Source: Candidatus Aminicenantes bacterium (GTDB taxonomy: Bacteria; Acidobacteriota; Aminicenantia; UBA2199). From it: DNA of 64,000 nucleotides. Positions within the stretch are counted from its first letter, which is position 1. The number at the start of each line of letters is the position of its first letter. A model generated the notes under the pieces. That model saw nothing but the letters and a program-made list of their open reading frames with translations, ran no database searches and was not told where the DNA came from. This document shows positions 57,567 to 64,000 of this stretch, piece by piece. A program made the translations under genes and the position numbers. The DNA is taken from NCBI GenBank assembly GCA_963732485.1, contig CAVSZS010000003.1, positions 278,087 through 342,086 on the forward strand. The letters run 5' to 3'.

Positions 57567-59255
57567 ATGGCAAGAATCCTAGCGGATGACCTGGTTATCG
57601 TCCTGGCCGGGGAAGCCGGGCAGGGCATACAGTCCATCGAAAGCATCCTGGCGCAATTGCTGAAAATGAGCGGCTACAATTTTTTCTCGACTTCCGAGTT
57701 CATGTCGCGGGTCAGGGGCGGCGCCAACTCGACCGCCATCCGCGTCTCCGGCAAAAGGGCCGCCGGGTTTCTGGAGCGCATTGACATCCTGCTGCCGCTG
57801 CACAAGGAAGCGATTGCGCATCTTGGAAAAAGGATCACGCCGGACACGATCGTGATCGGCGAAAAGGACAAGATCGATCACCCAGGCATGATCGACATCC
57901 AGTTCACCGGGATGGCGGCGGAAATAGGCGCTGCCGTTTATGCCAACACGATTGCCGCGGGGTGCATTTGCGGACTCCTGAAAGTCGATGAAAAAGAGTG
58001 TGAAGACTTCATCCGTGGCTATTTTTCCGGAAAAAGCGAAGAAGTCAGGAGCAGGAATGTCGCGGCAATAAAGAAAGGCTACGCGGCCGGCAAAGGGCTG
58101 GTTGACATCAGCGTTGCCATTGAAAAAGATGTTGCCGTGAAAACCGAGCTGCTGCTCACGGGGTCCGATGCGATCGCCCTGGGCGCACTGGCGGGGGGCT
58201 GCGATTACGTTTGCGGTTATCCGATGTCGCCGGCGACCGGCGTCCTCGAAAAAATGGCCGCCTACGGCAAAAAATTCGCTATCATCGTCGAGCAGGTCGA
58301 GGACGAGATCGGCGTGGTCAACATGGCGCTTGGCGCCTGGTACGCGGGCGCCAGGGCGCTGGTCACGACCTCCGGCGGCGGCTTCGCCCTTATGAGCGAA
58401 GGCATCAGCCTGTGCGGCATGATCGAGTCGCCGTTGGTACTCCACCTGGCGCAGCGTCCGGGGCCGGCGACCGGGCTTCCCACCCGCAGCGAACAGGGAG
58501 ACCTGGACCTGGTCCTGCATGCCGGACACGGCGATTTCCCCCGCATCATTCTGGCGCCGGGAACGCTGGCGGAGGGATTCGCCCTGACCCGGAAGGCCTT
58601 CAACATGGCCGCCGCCTTCCAGGTCCCGGTTTTCATTTTGACGGACCAGTTTTTTGTCGACAGCCGGGGCAATACCCCGGTCTTCGCTGCCGGGGAGCTC
58701 GGAGTCGAGAAGCATGTCGTCAAAACGGCCATGGATTACAAAAGATTTTCCCTGACCGAAAACGGCATCTCTCCCCGCGGCATACCGGGTTACGGTTCCG
58801 GCCGTGTCTGCGCCGACAGCGACGAGCACGATGAAAGCGGGCATATCACCGAGGATCTCGACCTGCGGGTCAGGATGGTCGACAAGCGGCTTAAAAAAAT
58901 CGCGGCGATCCGGCCGGATATCATCGCGCCCAAATTGGTCGGCAGCAGCGAGTACAGGACGCTGGTCGTCTGCTGGGGGTCCACCTTCGCTACCGTATGC
59001 GAAGCGGTTGCAGCCTTGGGAAAAACGGATGTCGCCGTCCTGCATTTTTCCTGGCTGTTCCCCTTTCCGGAAGAAGCCGGTGCCTATTTGCAGAGAGCGG
59101 CCAGGCTGATTGTCGTGGAAGGCAATTCGTCGGCGCAGTTCGCAGGGCTGATCAAGCAGGCGACCGGGGTGGCCAGCGCTCACAACATCTTGAAATACAA
59201 CGGGCTGCCCTTCGCGGTGGAAGAAATCAAAAAAGAGATTCAAAAGTTCATTTGA
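57567..59255 (+). CDS. korA: 2-oxoacid:ferredoxin oxidoreductase alpha subunit (fused gamma+alpha type, KorA/OorA-like)
   Basis: 562 aa. N-terminal POR/KOR gamma domain ([13 protein letters not shown]) and alpha domain GYPMSPAT...GGGFALM. Pairs with the beta subunit downstream. Confidence 0.8.
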   Translation: MARILADDLVIVLAGEAGQGIQSIESILAQLLKMSGYNFFSTSEFMSRVRGGANSTAIRVSGKRAAGFLERIDILLPLHKEAIAHLGKRITPDTIVIGEKDKIDHPGMIDIQFTGMAAEIGAAVYANTIAAGCICGLLKVDEKECEDFIRGYFSGKSEEVRSRNVAAIKKGYAAGKGLVDISVAIEKDVAVKTELLLTGSDAIALGALAGGCDYVCGYPMSPATGVLEKMAAYGKKFAIIVEQVEDEIGVVNMALGAWYAGARALVTTSGGGFALMSEGISLCGMIESPLVLHLAQRPGPATGLPTRSEQGDLDLVLHAGHGDFPRIILAPGTLAEGFALTRKAFNMAAAFQVPVFILTDQFFVDSRGNTPVFAAGELGVEKHVVKTAMDYKRFSLTENGISPRGIPGYGSGRVCADSDEHDESGHITEDLDLRVRMVDKRLKKIAAIRPDIIAPKLVGSSEYRTLVVCWGSTFATVCEAVAALGKTDVAVLHFSWLFPFPEEAGAYLQRAARLIVVEGNSSAQFAGLIKQATGVASAHNILKYNGLPFAVEEIKKEIQKFI

Positions 59256-59268
59256 GCCGGAGGACGTC

Positions 59269-60129
59269 ATGAAAAATGTTTTTGATTTCGCGGACAAACC
59301 CGATATCGCCTGGTGTCCCGGCTGCGGCAACTATGCCGTTCGCCAGGAATTGCTGGCGGCGCTCAAGGAATTGCAACTCGACCCGGAGAACGTGGTGCTG
59401 GTTTCGGGGATCGGCCAGGCCGCCAAGATGCCGCATTACATCAACACCAGCTTTTTCAACGGGCTGCACGGACGCGCTCTGCCCGCGGCCACCGCCATCA
59501 AGGCCTGCAATCCGCAATTGACGGTCATTGCCGTCGGTGGCGACGGCGACATGTATGGCGAAGGCGGGAACCATTTTTTGCACGCCAGCAGGCGCAATCC
59601 CGATATCGCCCTGTTCGTGCACGACAACATGGTTTACGGGCTCACCAAGGGCCAGGCCGCGCCCACTTCCAGGCCGGGCATGGAAACCCCGGTCCAGGTT
59701 TTCGGCGTGTTTGAAAAGCCGCTCAATCCCATGGCCCTGGCGATTGCCCTGGATGTGACGTTCGTGGCCAGGGTTTTTTGCGCCGACATGGAGCAGACGA
59801 AAGAAGTGATGAAAAAGGCAATCGTGCACAAAGGGTTCGCCTTGGTGGACATATTCCAGCCGTGCGTTTCGTTCAACAAGGCCAACACCTTCAAATGGTT
59901 CAAGGACAATACCGCTTATTTGCCGGCCGGTTATGACCCTGCCGACCGGGCCGTTGCCTTTAAAAAATCCCTGGAAGAGGAACCGTTCCCGCTGGGAATC
60001 ATTTACCAAAGCGATCAGCGCACCACATTCGAGGATAACCTTGAAGTCTACAAAACGGACAAAACCCCGCTTTATGGAAGGGATGTCGACATGAAAATGG
60101 TCGACGCCGAGATCATGGCCAAAGTATAG
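59269..60129 (+). CDS. korB: 2-oxoacid:ferredoxin oxidoreductase beta subunit (TPP-binding)
   Basis: 286 aa. [10 protein letters not shown], and the TPP-binding region [44 protein letters not shown]. Confidence 0.85.
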   Translation: MKNVFDFADKPDIAWCPGCGNYAVRQELLAALKELQLDPENVVLVSGIGQAAKMPHYINTSFFNGLHGRALPAATAIKACNPQLTVIAVGGDGDMYGEGGNHFLHASRRNPDIALFVHDNMVYGLTKGQAAPTSRPGMETPVQVFGVFEKPLNPMALAIALDVTFVARVFCADMEQTKEVMKKAIVHKGFALVDIFQPCVSFNKANTFKWFKDNTAYLPAGYDPADRAVAFKKSLEEEPFPLGIIYQSDQRTTFEDNLEVYKTDKTPLYGRDVDMKMVDAEIMAKV

Positions 60130-60164
60130 GGGCAGGGGATGAGCGCATCCCTATTGCCGGCCTG

Positions 60165-60542
60165 CTATTCCCGCACCCCTGCTACGGCAATGGTCCAGGA
60201 GAAGGGGGGATGGGGGGCCACGATCTCAAGGTTGCCTTCGATGCGGTCTTCCGAGACAAAGACGCCGAGGAAATCGCAGCTCTTGCCGCCGATGAGCGTG
60301 GACACGAACTGGAATGCCACCTCACCTTCGCTGACCGTGTACGTGCCCGCGCCCTTGTTGCCGTCGATGGGGATCAGCATCCCTTTTTCGCTGCTGCCCT
60401 GGAACGTGAAGGCGAACTGCTCCTCGCTGTCGAAGAGGAATGACCAGTCGCCCGCGATGTTGTACGTTTCGCCTTTGCGGCATCCCGCCTGGAGCAGGAG
60501 CAGTAGGAGCAGAAACGGCAGCGCCGCTTTTTTCAGCTTCAT
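60165..60542 (-). CDS. hypothetical lipoprotein
   Basis: MKLKKAALPFLLLLLLLQAGC is a lipobox (LQAGC). 125 aa, beta-rich. Confidence 0.45.
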   Translation of the reverse strand: MKLKKAALPFLLLLLLLQAGCRKGETYNIAGDWSFLFDSEEQFAFTFQGSSEKGMLIPIDGNKGAGTYTVSEGEVAFQFVSTLIGGKSCDFLGVFVSEDRIEGNLEIVAPHPPFSWTIAVAGVRE

Positions 60543-60652
60543 CCTTCACCTCCCTGAAACAATGAATGAATTCTAGCATATTCGCTGGCAAAAATGCGGG
60601 GCAAGGGAAAACAATTCAAGGGGTGAATACGTTCAATGCACAAGGAGACAGG

Positions 60653-60916
60653 ATGGACACCCCAAAAAGATCATTCAACAAGCGGGCATTCACCGCCATA
60701 ATGTCCGGGCTCACGGCCCTGACCCTGCCCTTCACCGGCCTGATCCTGCATGGGTATTCGGAAGGCCGCATCAGCGGCGACGGGCATGCCTGGTTCACGC
60801 TGCATGTCGGTCTCGGTATTCTTTTCGTTGTTTTTGCCGCATGGCATGCCTTGATCAACCGCCGCGCCCTGCTGAACTACATCAAGGCAAGCGTGACGGG
60901 TTCGCAGGACAGGTAA
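60653..60916 (+). CDS. hypothetical small membrane protein
   Basis: AAGGAGA RBS 5 nt upstream. 87 aa with two TM helices, each with a conserved His (LILHGY ... AAWHALINRR). Confidence 0.3.
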   Translation: MDTPKRSFNKRAFTAIMSGLTALTLPFTGLILHGYSEGRISGDGHAWFTLHVGLGILFVVFAAWHALINRRALLNYIKASVTGSQDR

Positions 60917-60939
60917 TTAATCCTTAAATGGAGGTTAAA

Positions 60940-61641
60940 ATGAGCGGAATGGCGAAAAAAAGAGCGGTATTGGCTGCGGGGTTTATTCTCCTGGCGCTGG
61001 CCTGGGCTCAGGCGCAGGAGGTGCCGGGGCTCACGGCGGAACAGAAATTCTTTTTCGAGACTGTGGCGGCGCGGCGCTCGGTGCGCAGCTTCAAGGCCGA
61101 CGCGGTCAGCGACGCCCACCTGGCGATGATCCTCGACGCGGCGCGCATGGCGGCGTCGTCGGGCAACCAGCAGCCCTGGAAATTCCTCGTGGTCCGCGAC
61201 CGGCAAAAGATGGCTGCCTTGAAGCAGGCCTGCCTGGAAGCGGGGATGCTGCGCATCGCGGCCAGCGCCGGGACTGCCGCGGCGCCCGACCCGGACGCGG
61301 AGCAGGTCAAAAAGCTCCAGAAGTATTACGACACCATCTTCACGGCGCCGCTCTTTGTGGTCGTCCTGGTTGACAAGCAGTCCAAGTATCCCGACTACAA
61401 CCGCTTCGACGGCCCGATGGCCGTGGCCAACCTGATGCTCGCGGCCCGGGCGCTGGGCTACGGCACGGTCTTCTACACCGATACCATCGCCCCTGACGTG
61501 GCGCGTCGGGTCTTTCGCATCCCCGAGCGCTACGAGCAGGTCTGCATCACACCGATCGGGATTCCCAGCGAGTGGCCCACGTCCCCGGCCAAAAAGGAGT
61601 TGTCCGACTTTATCGTCAGCGAAAGCTTTTCAGGGGAATAG
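60940..61641 (+). CDS. nitroreductase-family flavoprotein with N-terminal signal peptide
   Basis: GGAGG RBS with a 5-nt spacer. Signal MSGMAKKRAVLAAGFILLALAWAQA, then the nitroreductase fold RRSVRSF...ASSGNQQPWKFLVV...LGYGTV. Confidence 0.6.
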   Translation: MSGMAKKRAVLAAGFILLALAWAQAQEVPGLTAEQKFFFETVAARRSVRSFKADAVSDAHLAMILDAARMAASSGNQQPWKFLVVRDRQKMAALKQACLEAGMLRIAASAGTAAAPDPDAEQVKKLQKYYDTIFTAPLFVVVLVDKQSKYPDYNRFDGPMAVANLMLAARALGYGTVFYTDTIAPDVARRVFRIPERYEQVCITPIGIPSEWPTSPAKKELSDFIVSESFSGE

Positions 61642-61688
61642 TACCGGCGGGCACGGCTCCCTGTCCCCGCTGCCCCGTGGAACAAGAG

Positions 61689-61708
61689 AAATTCAATTTA
61701 TTGAATTT
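61689..61708. promoter_or_regulatory. 20-bp perfect palindrome AAATTCAATTTATTGAATTT overlapping a putative -35 (TTGAAT) in an AT-rich promoter; candidate repressor operator
   Basis: Its reverse complement is identical to itself. A TATATC -10-like hexamer follows 16 nt after TTGAAT. About 100 nt upstream of the redoxin gene. Confidence 0.45.
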
Positions 61709-61807
61709 AGTTAAAATTTAATTATATCTTGATTTTATATTTCCGGGAACATACAATTAATTCGCGATTATTTTTGAGGCAAAAAATTATTCTCTTTTGG
61801 AGGCAAC

Positions 61808-62521
61808 ATGACGATCAGGTCTTTGAAAACAGGTTTCGCGATCCTGGTGCTGCTCGGCCTGCTGGCCGCGCCGCTGGCCGCCCAGGCCGCGGTGATCAAG
61901 AAGGCTTACCTGGGGCAGCCGATGTCGGACTTCGAGCTGTCGACTCTCGACGGCAAGCTGGTCAAGCTCTCGGCGCTGAAAGGCAGGAACGTGATGCTCG
62001 TCTTCCCGCGCGTCTTCTACGCCGCCGGCGGCGACTGCTCGATCTGCGGCTACCAGTATGCCGAGCTGGCCGACTGGTACCAGGCGGGGAAGTGGCAGGA
62101 GAAGTTCAACCTGGAAGTGCTCTACGTCTTTCCCTTCTCCCCTGATGTGATCCGCAGCTGGATCGCGCGCATCCCGGTGATGCTGGAAGCGGTCGAGGGC
62201 TGGAAGAACCCCAAGGAAGAGGACCTGAAGAACGAGGCGGTCGGGAAGTGGCGGGACCTGGCGCGCCAGACGTATCCCAAAAAGTACGTGTTCGCGACCG
62301 TCCCCATGCCCTTCCCGATCCTCGTCGATGAGAAGCGGGAGCTTTCCAGCGGGCTCGATCTTTTCCGCGAGGAGTGGAGCGGCGGCAAGGGTGAGCAAAA
62401 CATCCCCGCGATCTTCATCCTCGACAAGGACGGCGTCGTCCGCTTCAAGTTCATCAGCCAGCATACGGTCGACCGTCCCGGTGCGGACTATCTGGAGAAA
62501 ATGATGCGGGCGGTATTGTAA
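61808..62521 (+). CDS. periplasmic thioredoxin-fold redoxin (AhpC/TSA-like or thiol-disulfide oxidoreductase)
   Basis: Signal peptide MTIRSLKTGFAILVLLGLLAAPLAAQA. CSICGYQ active-site region in the thioredoxin-fold context VMLVFPRVFYAAGGDCSICG. Confidence 0.55.
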   Translation: MTIRSLKTGFAILVLLGLLAAPLAAQAAVIKKAYLGQPMSDFELSTLDGKLVKLSALKGRNVMLVFPRVFYAAGGDCSICGYQYAELADWYQAGKWQEKFNLEVLYVFPFSPDVIRSWIARIPVMLEAVEGWKNPKEEDLKNEAVGKWRDLARQTYPKKYVFATVPMPFPILVDEKRELSSGLDLFREEWSGGKGEQNIPAIFILDKDGVVRFKFISQHTVDRPGADYLEKMMRAVL

Positions 62522-62584
62522 AAATTCTGGCAGCGAAAAAATCCGCCCCCGGCGAACGGCACATTGCCGAAATCAAGGGCGGTT

Positions 62585-62790
62585 CTGTTGGGCACGGCAC
62601 GCCGTGCCCCTACGATCGGAATGGAATTCAATTGCGCGAACCAAGGGCACCCTGAAGGGGACGGACAAATCGATACGCTAAGGAGGGCGGATGATTTGTG
62701 CGGCGAGGGGTGCCCCTACACGCGAAAAATCGAAATCGCGGGCGGGTCACAGACCACGCCCCTACGAACGGAAATTGCCGGGAACGGCCT
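62585..62790. repeat. intergenic region with three copies of a degenerate ~30-nt direct repeat (TGCCCCTACG..CGGAAAT.GAAATYGCGSG) and a GGCACGGC-A-CGCCGTGCC hairpin
   Basis: Copies start at 62605 (TGCCCCTACGATCGGAATGGAATTCAATTGCGCG), 62711 (TGCCCCTACACGCGAAAAATCGAAATCGCGGG) and 62757 (CGCCCCTACGAACGGAAATTGCCGGG). Lies between convergent genes. Confidence 0.45.
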
Positions 62791-62840
62791 TGAATGTCTA
62801 AGGTCGAGATCTGACCCCGGAGTTAATGCCATCCCTTCTG

Positions 62841-63341
62841 CTACCTGTTGAATATTCGCAACGGGAAATCGAAGCTGGCGCAGACGCCGTGGAAGTTGTG
62901 CGCCTTGTTGAAATTCGAGAAAACGGTCAATCCCAGGACGCCGTGCTTCAACCGCACTTCGCACGGCCAGCCATGCGGGGCTCTGTACAGAGACGTTTTG
63001 CTGATGCCCAGGCCAAAGTTGAGCCGGTTGCGGCCGGAGCCGGAGCCCAGGGGGAGGGTTAGTCCCGCCAGGAGCGCCGCTTCCCGCGGATTGGGGCGCG
63101 AATTGCAATCCTGCGCCACCCAGCTTCCCCTGTAGGCGACATATACCCGCCGGCGACGGAATTCCACGCGATATTGAAACGCGGCGATTTCGCTGCCGGA
63201 CTTGTCCACGAAGCCCTTGCCGAGGGCGAAACCGATGGTCAATTGATTGTCCCGTTGCCACGCCGGCGTTCCGTCCGCCCGAACCGCGGTCGCCGCCAGG
63301 AAAACCAGCAGTGTCCCTGAAATCAGCGCTTTGATTTTCAT
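62841..63341 (-). CDS. small outer-membrane beta-barrel-like protein (signal peptide)
   Basis: Start trimmed to MKIKALISGTLLVFLAATAVRADG. About 165 aa of alternating beta-strand pattern with a C-terminal aromatic. Confidence 0.4.
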   Translation of the reverse strand: MKIKALISGTLLVFLAATAVRADGTPAWQRDNQLTIGFALGKGFVDKSGSEIAAFQYRVEFRRRRVYVAYRGSWVAQDCNSRPNPREAALLAGLTLPLGSGSGRNRLNFGLGISKTSLYRAPHGWPCEVRLKHGVLGLTVFSNFNKAHNFHGVCASFDFPLRIFNR

Positions 63342-63514
63342 CGCTCCCTCCTTCTTGAAAACGCACGTTTCTCGATCGTTGAACACCGGGGATTGCCGTA
63401 CGCGTTACCGGGCGCGAAAGAAAATCTTTTTTGGTCCGCGCTAGGGAACGCAAATTTGCGTTCCCTGCGTTGCGCATGTATATTATGGTTTTTTGTTTAT
63501 ACAGGAGATTTGGA

Positions 63515-63823
63515 ATGCCGGCTGAAAGAGTTGTGATCGTCGCGAATTTTCTCCAGGGCTGCGTGCCGCTGTTGGGATTGTTCGCCTATTTTCCGCAATG
63601 GAAAAAAATAGTGGCCAACAGGTCCAGCAAGGACATTTCCCTGACTTCCTGGCTGGTCTGGCTGCTCTCTTCGATAATCGCCATCTTCTATGCGGTCATT
63701 CAATACAGGATCACCGGCAAGGGCACGGCGCTGATCTTTTCCTCCGTGCTGGCGCTTGTATTTGTGTTCATAACCGTATGTTTGATCGCGCTATACAGAA
63801 AAGGCGATAGGTCAAGGACTTGA
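63515..63823 (+). CDS. SemiSWEET / PQ-loop sugar transporter (3-TM)
   Basis: MPAERVVIVANFLQGCVPLLGLFAYFPQWKKIVANRSSKDIS has a PQ motif in TM1 followed by the basic/DIS loop, as in bacterial SemiSWEETs. About 100 aa, 3 TM. Confidence 0.5.
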   Translation: MPAERVVIVANFLQGCVPLLGLFAYFPQWKKIVANRSSKDISLTSWLVWLLSSIIAIFYAVIQYRITGKGTALIFSSVLALVFVFITVCLIALYRKGDRSRT

Positions 63824-64000
63824 TCAGACAGGGCGAGCCGCTTTCCGTGATCGAGTTGAAGCCATACCCGCAATAATTCCCTTATACCGCCGGCCTTTTT
63901 CCTGCTATTGGACCGTAAAATCTTTGCTCAGCCATTGGCTGCAGATGAACTGGCCCTGGTCTTTGAACATGATATGGTAGTGCCCGGGGGGGACGGCAGG

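Noticed and set aside
62564-62851. 95-codon ORF on + between the redoxin and the OMP genes
   Set aside because: It coincides with the three degenerate DNA repeats, so its peptide repeats follow from the DNA repeats. No RBS, and no biased composition.

Overview
High-GC (~65%) bacterial chromosomal segment, gene-dense, with about 60 protein-coding genes and one tRNA called here. Many adjacent genes overlap by ATGA, suggesting translational coupling. In order: (i) 302-8935, minus strand: a polysaccharide/phosphoglycan biosynthesis-export operon containing a Stealth-family hexose-1-phosphotransferase, an MsbA-type fused ABC exporter, a PIG-L deacetylase, a SAM methyltransferase, two tandem GT1 paralogs and a two-domain GT32-GT2 enzyme. 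(ii) 9200-16350, minus strand: a compact V/A-type ATPase operon in the order E-X-A-B-D-I-K. (iii) Thiamine salvage genes: thiE fused to a Zn-ribbon NUDIX domain, and thiM. (iv) A Ni/Co-type transporter, then a LolCDE-like ABC operon with a LolA-like protein and an outer-membrane-like protein, then rsmA. (v) 26645-32215: a second, Wzm/Wzt ABC-dependent glycan locus with GT2 and GT1 genes. (vi) A 2-hydroxyacid dehydrogenase, a nucleosidase and tRNA-Val(CAC). (vii) 36010-43003: a lower-GC (~50-55%) osmoadaptation island containing a GT20 paralog, an unknown protein, TreT, an OtsA-OtsB fusion and MscS. It lies directly downstream of a ClC channel gene of host-like GC. (viii) Housekeeping and miscellaneous genes: lepB, efp, an M28 peptidase, a Tat-secreted AlkP-family operon, comEC, trpF, korAB, periplasmic redox proteins and a SemiSWEET. 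Non-coding highlights are a family of intergenic heptanucleotide-repeat elements (GTGAAAA and CTTTTGC types) at five or more loci, two of them long inverted repeats around terminator hairpins, and a 20-bp perfect palindrome in an AT-rich promoter. There are four apparent +/-1 frameshifts (NUDIX-thiE, FtsX permease, LolA-like, comEC), which could be indel errors or pseudogenes. No CRISPR array, IS element, integrase or recognisable defence system was seen. All family assignments come from reading motifs in the translations; none was verified by database search.
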